DNA of 64,000 nt. It comes from Hyalangium minutum. GTDB lineage: Bacteria > Myxococcota > Myxococcia > Myxococcales > Myxococcaceae. The DNA is taken from positions 1 to 64,000 of the forward strand of contig NZ_JMCB01000018.1 in assembly GCF_000737315.1 (NCBI RefSeq), given 5' to 3'. The position numbers and the translations under genes were made by a program. Below the pieces are notes generated by a model. That model had not been told where the DNA came from, did no database searches, and saw nothing but the letters and a program-made list of their open reading frames with translations. This document shows positions 1-9,477 of the stretch, piece after piece (position 1 is the first letter of the stretch; each line of letters opens with the position of its first letter).

Positions 1-992
1 GTGCTCGACTTGGGGTCGGCCCAGGTGCGCGCGGCGATGCCCGCGTCCAGCGCCGCGATGCCGATGTTCAGGCCCGGCGCGAAGCGGCCGGCCAGCTTCG
101 CCGCCGTGCCCGCGCCCTTGGCTCCCGCCTCGATTCCCTTGAGGGCCGCCCCAGCGCCCTTGGTGATCTGGGCCGCGTCAATCGCGTTGCCCACCACCTT
201 CGTGCCCGACTGGATGACGCCCTTCTCAATCTTCCCGGCCGCTCCGGCGAAGCCGCCCTGACGCAGCAGGTCCGCCACCGCCATCTTCCCTCCGGCCATC
301 AGCCCGCCCACCCCGCCCTTCTCCTTGAGCACCGAGGCCATCGCGTCCGCGTGACGCAGCGGGCCGCCCTTGTGCGCCGCCTCGGCCGCCGCGTTGGCAA
401 TGGCGCCGGAGAACGCGCCGCCCTTGCCCGCCACCGCGCCCTTGGCCGCCTCGGCCAGCTTGCCGAAGTCCTTGGCCGAGGTGAACGCGGCAGCCACGTC
501 CAGCCCACCCTTGGCGGCGCCCAGGATGCCGCGGCCCAGTCCCAGCGCGCTCTGCGCGATGGCATGGCTGTCACCGCTCTTGATGGCCTCCACCAGGCCC
601 TTGCTGTTGGAGCCGATGCTGGCAATTCCGCCCACCAGGCCCGCGCTCGCCAGGCCACGGCCCGCCAGGCCCGTGCCACCGTTCTGGTGGTTGGTAGTAA
701 TGCGGTTGGCCGAGTCGCTGTTCCAGCCCTTCACCGCGCCGCCCGCCTTGCTGAAGCCGTCTCCCACCGCGGAGCCAACCTTGGTGGCGCCGGTGGCCAC
801 CGCAGAGCCCGCCGCCGAGGCGCCGTTGGCCACCGCAGAGCCCGCCTTGCTGAAGCCATCCGCCACCTTGGCGGCCACGCCGGGATTGGCCGCAGCCGGG
901 GACGCCGCCACCGTCTGCAGCGGCTGGGCACGGGTCAGCTCAGGCTTGATGAACTGGGTACGGGAGGCGGAGTTCGCGGAGATCGTGGTCAT
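1..992 (-). CDS. Gly/Ala-rich low-complexity hypothetical protein, 3' end beyond the window
   Basis: Own translation: ATG at 992 (RBS aagga) gives MTTISANSASRTQFIKPELTRAQP...AGSAVANGASAAGSAVATGATKVGSAVGDGFSKAGG..., open to position 1. Absent from the ORF track because it has no stop in the window; the + strand ORFs here are its shadows. Confidence 0.8.
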   Translation of the reverse strand, partial: MTTISANSASRTQFIKPELTRAQPLQTVAASPAAANPGVAAKVADGFSKAGSAVANGASAAGSAVATGATKVGSAVGDGFSKAGGAVKGWNSDSANRITTNHQNGGTGLAGRGLASAGLVGGIASIGSNSKGLVEAIKSGDSHAIAQSALGLGRGILGAAKGGLDVAAAFTSAKDFGKLAEAAKGAVAGKGGAFSGAIANAAAEAAHKGGPLRHADAMASVLKEKGGVGGLMAGGKMAVADLLRQGGFAGAAGKIEKGVIQSGTKVVGNAIDAAQITKGAGAALKGIEAGAKGAGTAAKLAGRFAPGLNIGIAALDAGIAARTWADPKSS

Positions 993-1058
993 GGCAGCGT
1001 CCTTAGGGGTCATGCTCTCGGGGGAGGCGAGAGCGAGTGGTTGACGTGCATGAGCTAG

Positions 1059-1075
1059 AGCAGGAGGTGTGCCAA
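1059..1075 (-). promoter_or_regulatory. sigma54 (-24/-12) promoter
   Basis: Minus strand TTGGCACACCTCCTGCT: GG-N10-GC with TGGCAC, about 65 bp upstream of the ATG at 992. Confidence 0.7.
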
Positions 1076-1184
1076 CGGCTCCGGCCTCCCACAGTCGCCA
1101 CCTGACGGAGCCCTTTTCAGAGGGGAACGCTCGGAAGCCGCCGGTTTCGAAGGGCTTCCGGTTCACCTCCCGGGAGGGCTTCCC

Positions 1185-1256
1185 GGGACTCCAGTCATCA
1201 GCCTGAAGCCCTTTTCCCGTGGGACTTCAGTCATCAGCTGATGAGTCCAGTCACCA
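1185..1256. repeat. Tandem GGGACTYCAGTCATCAGC repeats, likely enhancer (UAS) sites
   Basis: gggactccagtcatcagcctga (1185-1206) and gggacttcagtcatcagctga (1221-1241) are 36 bp apart, with a partial third copy gagtccagtcacca (1243-1256). They lie 110-180 bp upstream of the sigma54 motif. Confidence 0.6.
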
Positions 1257-1352
1257 AGCGGTGAGAGAAACACCTCAGCGAGTCATTTCAAGGATTTAGG
1301 GAGTACCCCATCCAGGGGGGCCCGCCACGAGGGGACCCGGCCCTGGCACACC

Positions 1353-1393
1353 CTGCCTCTCTCAACCCCAGGGGCCCCGGGGGAGAGAGGCAG
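1353..1393 (-). terminator. Stem-loop downstream of iscA
   Basis: Inverted repeat ctgcctctctc (1353-1363) / gagagaggcag (1383-1393). Confidence 0.5.
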
Positions 1394-1419
1394 TACTGCT
1401 ACAGCCCATACCGCTCGAA

Positions 1420-1812
1420 TCAGGTCGTGAACGAGGTGCCGCAGCCGCAGGAGGACTTCGCGTTCGGGTTCTCGAACTTGAAGCCCGCGCCCGTGACGGA
1501 CGAGACGAAGTCCACGGAGGTGCCCAGCAGGTACTTGCTGCTCAGGGCGTCGGTGGTGATGCGGACGCCATCCTGCTCCCACACGTGATCGTTCGGCTTG
1601 GCCTCCTTCACGAGGTTCAAGTCATAGCCGAGGCCGCTGCAGCCGGCAGGCACCACGCGGATGGAGAAGAAGTAGCCCTCGAAGCCCTGGGCCTTGATGA
1701 CCTCCTTCACCTGGGTGATGGCGGCTGGGGTGAGCTGCACCGGAGCCATCGGGTTGGACTGCGTGGCCGGAGCCGTGGTGGCCGGCGTCTGGGTCGTCGT
1801 GGTGGTGTCCAT
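1420..1812 (-). CDS. iscA: HesB/IscA family Fe-S cluster A-type carrier
   Basis: Motifs GCSG and C-terminal SSCGCGTSF; start placed at MDTTTT (1812). Confidence 0.9.
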   Translation of the reverse strand: MDTTTTTQTPATTAPATQSNPMAPVQLTPAAITQVKEVIKAQGFEGYFFSIRVVPAGCSGLGYDLNLVKEAKPNDHVWEQDGVRITTDALSSKYLLGTSVDFVSSVTGAGFKFENPNAKSSCGCGTSFTT

Positions 1813-1925
1813 GATGCGTCTGTCTCCTTGCTCGGGCCTTATAACGCCGACTCTCTGAAAATCCATCAGAGTCCCCTTCACAGCAAGGGGCCGCGTGGAG
1901 AATCCCGGGTTATACCCACCCACAC

Positions 1926-3086
1926 ATGGCCACCACCTTCCGAGACCTGCTGTCGAGTGTGAAGCAGGAGATCCGCGAGGTCTCCGTCGAGGAGGTCAAG
2001 CGCCTGCTGGACGCTCGGGCTTCGGTGAAGCTCATCGACGTGCGCGAGGCGGACGAACACGCGGCTGGCCGCCTGCCCGGCGCCACCCACATTCCCCGGG
2101 GCTACCTGGAACTGCGCATCGAGGACAAAGCCCGGCGCGAGGAGGAGCTGATCCTCTACTGCGCGGGAGGCACCCGATCCGCGCTGGCGGCCCGGACGCT
2201 GCGCGAGATGGGCTACGAGCGCGTGGCCTCCATGGCGGGGGGATACAACCGCTGGAGCGACTCGGCGTACCCCGTGGAGAAGCCCTTCGTGCTCACCGCC
2301 GAGCAGAAGGAGCGCTACCGCCGCCACCTCATCCTCCCCGAGGTGGGCGAGGCCGGGCAGGAGAAGCTGCTGAAGGCCCGGGTGCTGCTGCTGGGAGCGG
2401 GCGGACTGGGCTCGCCGGCGGCGCTCTACCTGGCCGCAGCGGGTGTGGGGACGCTGGGCATCGTGGACATGGACGTGGTGGACCTGAGCAACCTGCAGCG
2501 CCAGGTGATCCACACGCGGGAGCGCCAGGGGCAGCCGAAGACGGAGAGCGCCCGGGCCACCATCGAGGCACTGAACCCGGACGTGAAGGTGGTGCCCTTC
2601 GCGGAGCGGCTGACGTCAAAGAACGTGGAGCGCATCCTCGAGGGCTTCGACATGGTGCTGGACGGGGGCGACAACTTCCCGACCCGGTACCTGCTGAACG
2701 ATGCGTGCGTGATGCAGCGCAAGCCCAACATCCACGGCTCCATCTTCCGCTTCGAGGGCCAGGTGACGACGTTCGTTCCCGGCCAGGGCCCCTGCTACCG
2801 CTGCCTCTACCCTGCTCCGCCGCCGCCGGAGCTGGCGCCCTCGTGCGCGGAGGCTGGGGTGCTGGGAGTGCTCCCAGGCATCATCGGGCTGATGCAGGCC
2901 AACGAGGCGCTCAAGCTCATCCTCGGCAAGGGTGAGCCGCTCATGGGCCGGCTGGTGACGTTCGACGCGCTCGGCACACGGTTTCTGGAACTCAAGATGC
3001 GGCGGGATCCGCAGTGCCCCGTGTGCAAGGACGGCGCGAAGGTGGAGTTCATCGACTACGAGCAGTTCTGCAACACCGCCGCCTGA
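1926..3086 (+). CDS. moeB: MoeB/ThiF adenylyltransferase with N-terminal rhodanese domain
   Basis: Rhodanese CAGGTRS; ERYRRH, GAGGLGS, SNLQRQ, GPCYRC and CPVC motifs. Confidence 0.92.
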   Translation: MATTFRDLLSSVKQEIREVSVEEVKRLLDARASVKLIDVREADEHAAGRLPGATHIPRGYLELRIEDKARREEELILYCAGGTRSALAARTLREMGYERVASMAGGYNRWSDSAYPVEKPFVLTAEQKERYRRHLILPEVGEAGQEKLLKARVLLLGAGGLGSPAALYLAAAGVGTLGIVDMDVVDLSNLQRQVIHTRERQGQPKTESARATIEALNPDVKVVPFAERLTSKNVERILEGFDMVLDGGDNFPTRYLLNDACVMQRKPNIHGSIFRFEGQVTTFVPGQGPCYRCLYPAPPPPELAPSCAEAGVLGVLPGIIGLMQANEALKLILGKGEPLMGRLVTFDALGTRFLELKMRRDPQCPVCKDGAKVEFIDYEQFCNTAA

Positions 3087-3096
3087 GAGCTCGCCC

Positions 3097-3429
3097 ATGC
3101 CCATCCCGGAGATCCTCCCCGCCGAGCTGGCCGAACAGCTCTCAGGTCCTCCCGAGAAGCGCCCTGCCCTGCTCGACGTGCGCTTCCCCTACGAGCACGC
3201 CTATGTGGCGCTGCCGGACTCGGTGCTCATTCCGCTGCCGGAGCTGGACGAGCGCGCCGACGAGCTGGAGGCGCTCCGAGGCCGCCCCGTGGTCGTCTAC
3301 TGCCACCACGGAGTGCGCAGCCTGGACGGCGCGGCGTACCTGATCTCCCACGGCCTGGATGCGGTGTCGCTCCACGGTGGGATTGATCTGTATTCGAGGC
3401 TCGTAGACCCCAAGCTGCCGCGCTACTGA
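3097..3429 (+). CDS. Single-domain rhodanese
   Basis: LLDVR...YCHHGVRS...LHGGID. Confidence 0.88.
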   Translation: MPIPEILPAELAEQLSGPPEKRPALLDVRFPYEHAYVALPDSVLIPLPELDERADELEALRGRPVVVYCHHGVRSLDGAAYLISHGLDAVSLHGGIDLYSRLVDPKLPRY

Positions 3430-3565
3430 CGCGCGATTCCTACAACCCACTGATTCAGTGTGCACGGGGGCACAGCCTCTTCCTCCCTCGGGCACGCTGG
3501 TGCTTCGGGATACCCCCGTTACTTTGCACGCTCTCTGGGCTGTACCGATGAGCAAAGGGGGGGAC

Positions 3566-5224
3566 ATGAAAACGAGAGACGTGAGCCTCATATGGGGCGC
3601 GGCTGCGCTTGTCGTGGGAATGGTGATCGCGGGATGTGGACCCATCGACTCGAAGGAAGAGCCGCCGGCGCAGGAGCACGAGACGCAGCGGTCGGACGCG
3701 TTGGCGCAGCCCTTCCAGTACCCGCCACTCCAGACGGGCCTGGACGAGCTCCGGGTGGAGATTGATCCAGCGCTGCTGGAGCTCTTCTACGAGGACGAGG
3801 ACACCCCACCACAGCCCATCTTCATCACCTTCCCGGGCGGGCGGCGCGTGCAGGCGGAGATGCGGCTGCGTGGCAACAGCTCACGCGGCTGGCCCAAGAA
3901 GAGCTGGCGCATCGATCTGGGCTCGAGCGAGCAATACAAAGGCCGCAAAAAGCTCAACCTGCTCTCCGAGTGGCGCGAGCAGACCATGATGCTCGAGAAG
4001 CTCGCCTACGACATGCTCGAGGCGATGAACGTGCCCGTCTCGCGTGCGACCTACGTGCGCCTCGTCATCAATGGCGAGTACCAGGGCGTCTACCTGGACA
4101 CCGACCGCGTGGACAAGTCGCTGCTGCGCAACCGGGGCTTCCAGGACCTGGATGCCAACATCTACCGTGCTGGAGGCAAGAACGGTGAGATGAAGACGTC
4201 CTTCGACAAGAAGTACCAGCGGGACTGGGAGAAGGAGACGAACGAGAGCCTTCCCAACGACGACCTTGTCTCCTTCCTCAAGGCCCTCAACCACACGCCG
4301 GAGCCGAACCTGGAGGCGATGCTCGAGCAGCGCATCGAGCTCGAGCACTACCTGCGGGTGCTGGTGGCCGAGGCGCTCGTCACCATGGGCACCAACGAGG
4401 ACGCGAGGAGCTACTGGATTCATGACGCCGTCACGGACCGGTGGACCTACGGGCCGTGGGACTTCAACAACACCGACGCGAAGTACGTCCCCGACTCGAG
4501 GCCGGGCAAGCAGGCGAAGTACAAGCACCCTCTCTTCAACTTCAGCCTCTTCGACGGCTGGGTGGAGGAGGAGTGGCTCGACCGCGAGGAGGATGATCCG
4601 GGGCGCTTCAAGCCCATCTTCTCCAACCTCAACACCCGCATCGTCAACCACCCGCAGCTCCGGGACCGGCTCCTGGCGCTCTACGAGAAAGGCATCGCCG
4701 AGCTGCTGGCGCCGGCGGTCCTCGCTGCGCGCATCGACGCCATGCACGCGCTGCTCGCTCCGCACATGCGCGGCGCCCCTCATGTGGTGCAGGCGCTGTT
4801 CGACGACTCGCCCCGCTACCTCAAGGAGTACAGCGCCAACCGCACCGGCTTCCTCAGGAGTGAGATCGCCCGTTGGCGCGCCCGGAAGCAGCAACTGGTC
4901 ATCCAGGCGGTGAACGCGAAGGAGGGCTGGGTGGAGCTGCGCAACCTCCACACCAGCTCCGTCTCCACCAAGGGGCTCGTCCTCACCACCAACCTGCGCA
5001 CCGCGAAGAAGAAAAACGTCCCAACGAAGACTCTCGCCCCGGGCGAGACGGTGCGCTTCACCGCCAAGCAACTGGACCTCAAGCTGGTGGAGGACGGAGA
5101 GCTGGGCCTCTTCGACGGCAAGAGCGTCGTCGGCATCATCGATCTGCTCTTCTTCGGAAAGCTCCCCTCGGGCCGCTATTACGAGCGCAACCGGCAGACT
5201 CCGAGCCGGTGGGAAATTCACTGA
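3566..5224 (+). CDS. CotH kinase family lipoprotein with C-terminal lamin-tail-like domain (copy 1)
   Basis: Lipobox VIAGC; LRGNSSR...KKSWRI, GVYLDTDRVD, PWDFNNT. Start moved to ATG 3566 after a G-rich RBS. Confidence 0.85.
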   Translation: MKTRDVSLIWGAAALVVGMVIAGCGPIDSKEEPPAQEHETQRSDALAQPFQYPPLQTGLDELRVEIDPALLELFYEDEDTPPQPIFITFPGGRRVQAEMRLRGNSSRGWPKKSWRIDLGSSEQYKGRKKLNLLSEWREQTMMLEKLAYDMLEAMNVPVSRATYVRLVINGEYQGVYLDTDRVDKSLLRNRGFQDLDANIYRAGGKNGEMKTSFDKKYQRDWEKETNESLPNDDLVSFLKALNHTPEPNLEAMLEQRIELEHYLRVLVAEALVTMGTNEDARSYWIHDAVTDRWTYGPWDFNNTDAKYVPDSRPGKQAKYKHPLFNFSLFDGWVEEEWLDREEDDPGRFKPIFSNLNTRIVNHPQLRDRLLALYEKGIAELLAPAVLAARIDAMHALLAPHMRGAPHVVQALFDDSPRYLKEYSANRTGFLRSEIARWRARKQQLVIQAVNAKEGWVELRNLHTSSVSTKGLVLTTNLRTAKKKNVPTKTLAPGETVRFTAKQLDLKLVEDGELGLFDGKSVVGIIDLLFFGKLPSGRYYERNRQTPSRWEIH

Positions 5225-5392
5225 AGCCCTTCGCCTCCAACCCGGGCAGCTCTTCTGCCGTGAAGAAGCCACCCGCTGCGCCAGTGTGCGAGGGAGCACA
5301 GCCTCGTGCTCCCTCGGGGCGTACTGGTTCTTGGGGATGCCGCCGATACCTTCCTTGAACCGTGGGCTGTGCCAACGAGCCAAGGAGGGAGC

Positions 5393-7051
5393 ATGGCAAC
5401 GAGGGGCATGTGGACCGTACGGGGCGCGGCTGCGCTTGCCGCGGGCATGCTGCTCGCGGGGTGTGCACGCATCGACTTGAAGGAGGAGCAGGCGCCCTTG
5501 GAGAGCGAGGCGCAGCGAGCGGACGCGTTGGCGCAGCCCTTCCAGTACCCGCCACTCCAGACGAGCCTGGACGAGCTCCGGGTGCAGATTGATCCAGCGG
5601 TGCTGGAGCTCTTCTACGAGGAAAGGGACACCCCACCGCAGCCCATCGTGCTCACCCTCCCGGACGGGCGGAGCGTGTCGGCGGAGATGCGGCTGCGTGG
5701 CAACAGCTCACGCGGCTGGCCCAAGAAGAGCTGGCGCATCGATCTGCCCACGGGCGAGCAATACAAAGGGCGCAAGAAGCTCAACCTGCTCTCCGAGTGG
5801 CGCGAGCAGACCATGATGCTCGAGAAGCTCGCCTACGACATGCTCGAGGCGATGAACGTGCCCGTCTCGCGCGCCACCTACGTGCGCCTCGTCATCAACG
5901 GTGAGTACCAGGGCGTCTACCTGGACACTGACCGCGTCGACAAGTCGCTCCTGAGTAACCAGGGCTTCCAGGACCTGGATGCCAACATCTACCGCACCGG
6001 GGGCAAGAACGGTGAGATGAAGACGTCCTTCGACAGCAAGTACCAGCGGGACTGGGAGAAGGAAACGAACGCGGAGCTTCCCAACGACGATCTCGTCTCC
6101 TTCCTCCAAGCCATCAACTACACGCCGGAACCGAACCTGGAGGAGATGCTCGAGCAGCGCGTGGAGCTCGAGCACTACCTGCGGGTGCTGGTGGCCGAGG
6201 CGCTCGTCACCATGAACACCGTCGAGGACGCGAAGAGCTACTGGATTCACGACGCCGTGACGGACCGGTGGACCTACGGGCCATGGGACTTCAACAACAC
6301 CGACGCGAAGTACCTCCCCGAAGCGAAGCCGGGCAAGCAGGCGGACTACAATCATCCCCTCTTCAACTTCAGCCTCTTCGACGGCTTTGTGGAGGCCGAG
6401 TGGCTCAAGCGAGAGGAGGATGAGCCGAAGCGCTGGAAGCCCATCTTCTCCAACCTCAACACCCGCATCTTCAACCACCCGCAGCTCCGGGACCGGCTCC
6501 TGACGCTCTACGAGAAAGGCATCGCCGAGCTGCTGGACCCGGCGGTCCTGTCTGCGCGCATCGACGCCATGCATGCGCTGCTCGCTCCGCACATGCGCGG
6601 CGCCCCTCATGTGGTGCAGGCGCTGTTCGACGACTCGCCCCGCTACCTCAAGCAGTACAGCGCCAACCGCACCGGCTTCCTCAGGAGCGAGATCGCCCGT
6701 TGGCGCGCCCGGAAGCCTCAGTTGGTCATCCAAGCGGTGAACGCGAAGGAGGGCTGGGTGGAGCTGCGCAACCTCCACACCAGCCCCGTCTCCACCACTG
6801 GGCTCGTCCTCACCACCGACCTGCGCACGGCGAAGAAGAAAAACGTCCCAACGAAGACTCTCGCCCCGGGCGAGACGGTGCGCTTCACCGACAAGCAGCT
6901 AGGCCTCAAACTGATGGAGGACGGCGAGCTGGGCCTCTTCGACGGCAAGAGCGTCGTCGGCGTCATGGACCTGCTCTTCTACGGAAAGCTCCCCCCGGGC
7001 CGCTACTACGAGCGCAGCCGCGAGGAGCCCAACCCGTGGGTGATCCACTGA
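5393..7051 (+). CDS. CotH kinase family lipoprotein (copy 2, tandem paralog)
   Basis: Same motifs and same length (552 aa) as copy 1; lipobox LLAGC; RBS aaggaggga. Confidence 0.85.
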   Translation: MATRGMWTVRGAAALAAGMLLAGCARIDLKEEQAPLESEAQRADALAQPFQYPPLQTSLDELRVQIDPAVLELFYEERDTPPQPIVLTLPDGRSVSAEMRLRGNSSRGWPKKSWRIDLPTGEQYKGRKKLNLLSEWREQTMMLEKLAYDMLEAMNVPVSRATYVRLVINGEYQGVYLDTDRVDKSLLSNQGFQDLDANIYRTGGKNGEMKTSFDSKYQRDWEKETNAELPNDDLVSFLQAINYTPEPNLEEMLEQRVELEHYLRVLVAEALVTMNTVEDAKSYWIHDAVTDRWTYGPWDFNNTDAKYLPEAKPGKQADYNHPLFNFSLFDGFVEAEWLKREEDEPKRWKPIFSNLNTRIFNHPQLRDRLLTLYEKGIAELLDPAVLSARIDAMHALLAPHMRGAPHVVQALFDDSPRYLKQYSANRTGFLRSEIARWRARKPQLVIQAVNAKEGWVELRNLHTSPVSTTGLVLTTDLRTAKKKNVPTKTLAPGETVRFTDKQLGLKLMEDGELGLFDGKSVVGVMDLLFYGKLPPGRYYERSREEPNPWVIH

Positions 7052-7086
7052 ATCCGAGCCTGCCGCGCTCCTGAGGCGCAACCCGG

Positions 7087-9444
7087 CTACATGTGCTTGG
7101 ACACGTCGATCATCTCGGTCGTCGTGTCGCGGGCCTTCACGTTGACCTCAATCTCCACGGGCTCCTTGAGCCGGTCCCCGCGCAGCTCCAGCCTGTGGGT
7201 ACCCTCCATCAGCTCCAGCTTCGCGCCCCCGCTGATGGTCTTGCCCAGGTCCTGGCCTTCCCGCGAGATACTCAGGTCGCCCACGTTCTTCGGCGTCACC
7301 TTCAGCAGCAGGTTGCCCAGCCGGAACTCGCGCTTGATGCTCTTCGTCTCGCCCGGCTCGCCGAAGCTCAGCAGGTCCTTCTCCTCGGCGTAGATGCCCT
7401 GGGCTTTGTTCTCCAGCACCAGCGTGTCCTGGATGTGAGCACCCGACACGCCCTTGAGCGGCGTCATCCCCAGATCCGTGACCGGCTCAGGGCTGCCGCA
7501 CTTGTCACTGTGCAGCACCCGCACGTTCACCTTCGGGTTCGTGTCCACCGTCACGAAGATGCCCATGCCGTCGATGGGCCGCTTCATCAGCTTCGGCCAG
7601 AACATCACCAGCCCACCGGCCATCGCCACGGCGGCCACCAGCAGGACGATCTTCTTCAGCAGGTCCGCCGTGTTGATCGACCGGCGCGGCGCCTTCGCCG
7701 CCGCCTGCGGCCTCGAAGGAGCCTCGTCCTCCTCCTCCGGCTCAGGCCGCTTCGGTGGCGGAGGCGCCTGCCTCAGCTCCACCCGGCTGGAGGTCCGTCG
7801 CCGAGGCGCCGTTGGAGCCTCATGCGGATCAACGGCCGGCTGAACCCGGCTCACCTGGCCCGTGCGGCGCCGCGGCGGAGCAGGCGGCGGCAAGGTCTCG
7901 TCCGGCGACGGCTCAGGCTCGCGCGAGGGCGGAGGCAGCCGGGTCCGCTCGGGATCCGCATCCGGATCCTCGTCGTACCGCGCGCGGGCATTGATCGCCG
8001 CCAGGGCGCCGGTGCGAGCCCGTGCCCGGGTCCGCGACGGCAGCTCGTCCTCGTCCTCCTCCTGCTCTACCTGGAGCTGCCGCGCACTGCTGCGGCGCTG
8101 CGGAGGAGGCTCGGGAGGCGGTGCCTCGAACTCGGCCCGCGCCATGTCCGGACGCGAGGGCGTGCGCGCAATCGCCGTCTCCCCGCCCGTCCGCTTGGGC
8201 AGCTCGCCCGTGCGGCGGCGAGCCACCGCCGTGCCGCCCGAGGGCGCCGCGTACTCCGCCATCTCCTCGGCCAGCGAGCGCGGCGAGTTCGGATCCCGGG
8301 GACGCTCAGCCGCGCGCATCTGAGCGGAGGTCGCCCGCCGCTCGTTGCGCTGGGACACCTCTCCCGGAGGCGCCTCCCACTCCATGTCCACCTTCGGAGC
8401 CGGCGGAGCTCCCCGGCGGCCCTGCACCGGCTCCTGGGGGGAGGCCGGCGAGGAGTTGCTCTGGCTGGAGAACTCCTCCGTGGTGGTGGGCATCAGGTTG
8501 CCCGTCTTCTTCTCCTCCGCGAGCCGATCCGCGAAGAGCGTCTCCATCAGCTCGGAGATCTGCACCGAGCTGGCCACCCAGCGCTGGGCGACGAGCGTCT
8601 CTTCCAGGGCAATCTGGAACTGGCGCGCGTCCCGGTAGCGATCATCCGCCGCCTTGGACAGCGCGTTCATCACCACCGAGTCCAGCTCGGAGGGGACATC
8701 CGCCACCTCGGAGGGCGTCGTGATGGCGCACTCGAGCGCGGCCTGCAGCGTGGCCAGCTCCGAGTCCCGCTTCAGCGGGCGCACGCCCGTGAGCAGCTCG
8801 TAGAGCACCAGCCCGATGGCGAAGATGTCCGCGCGGTGATCCAGCGCCTTGCCACCGGCCTGCTCCGGCGCCATGTACGCGAACTTGCCCTTGATGGCGC
8901 CCGACTTCGTCAGGCCCACCGTGTCCGCCGCCTTGGCGATACCGAAGTCCACCAGCTTCACCGAACCGTCGAAGCTGATCAGGATGTTCTGCGGAGAGAT
9001 GTCGCGGTGGACGACTTTGAGCGGCTTGCCGCTGCCGTCCACGCGGGTGTGCGCGTAGTACAGGCCCTCACACGCGCTGGCGACGATGCGGATGGCCAGC
9101 GGCCGGGCGATCCACTGCCCCGCGGTCCACGCCTTGCGCATCACCCGGCCCAGGTCCTCGCCGTGGATGTACTCCATGGCGATGAAGTAGGTGCCGTTGG
9201 CCTCGCCGAACTCGTACACCTGGGCGATGTTGGGGTGGTTGAAGTTCGCGGCGATCAGCGCCTCGTTGCGGAACATCTCCACGAACTCGCGGTCCTCCGC
9301 CAGGTGCGGAAGGATGCGCTTCACCACCACGTTCTTGGTGAAGCCCTCGATGCCCGTGCTGCGCGCAAGCCACACCTCGGCCATCCCGCCCGTGGCGAGC
9401 TTCTTCAGAAGCTGATATTTCCCGAAGGTTTGAGGAGCAGTCAT
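7087..9444 (-). CDS. Membrane Ser/Thr protein kinase with long Pro/Arg-rich linker and PEGA-like C-terminus
   Basis: LATGGMAEV, VVKRI, HRDISPQN, DFG, GKFAYMAPE; TM IVLLVAAVAMAGGLVMFW. Start placed at MTAPQTFGKY. Confidence 0.9.
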   Translation of the reverse strand: MTAPQTFGKYQLLKKLATGGMAEVWLARSTGIEGFTKNVVVKRILPHLAEDREFVEMFRNEALIAANFNHPNIAQVYEFGEANGTYFIAMEYIHGEDLGRVMRKAWTAGQWIARPLAIRIVASACEGLYYAHTRVDGSGKPLKVVHRDISPQNILISFDGSVKLVDFGIAKAADTVGLTKSGAIKGKFAYMAPEQAGGKALDHRADIFAIGLVLYELLTGVRPLKRDSELATLQAALECAITTPSEVADVPSELDSVVMNALSKAADDRYRDARQFQIALEETLVAQRWVASSVQISELMETLFADRLAEEKKTGNLMPTTTEEFSSQSNSSPASPQEPVQGRRGAPPAPKVDMEWEAPPGEVSQRNERRATSAQMRAAERPRDPNSPRSLAEEMAEYAAPSGGTAVARRRTGELPKRTGGETAIARTPSRPDMARAEFEAPPPEPPPQRRSSARQLQVEQEEDEDELPSRTRARARTGALAAINARARYDEDPDADPERTRLPPPSREPEPSPDETLPPPAPPRRRTGQVSRVQPAVDPHEAPTAPRRRTSSRVELRQAPPPPKRPEPEEEDEAPSRPQAAAKAPRRSINTADLLKKIVLLVAAVAMAGGLVMFWPKLMKRPIDGMGIFVTVDTNPKVNVRVLHSDKCGSPEPVTDLGMTPLKGVSGAHIQDTLVLENKAQGIYAEEKDLLSFGEPGETKSIKREFRLGNLLLKVTPKNVGDLSISREGQDLGKTISGGAKLELMEGTHRLELRGDRLKEPVEIEVNVKARDTTTEMIDVSKHM

Positions 9445-9477
9445 CCCGGATTGCTCGCCGGGTGGGAGCAAGCTCAC

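Noticed and set aside
3490-3505. Possible sigma54 motif GGGCACGCTGGTGC upstream of CotH copy 1
   Set aside because: GG(CAC)-to-GC spacing is 9, not 10, and the motif is not conserved in copy 2.
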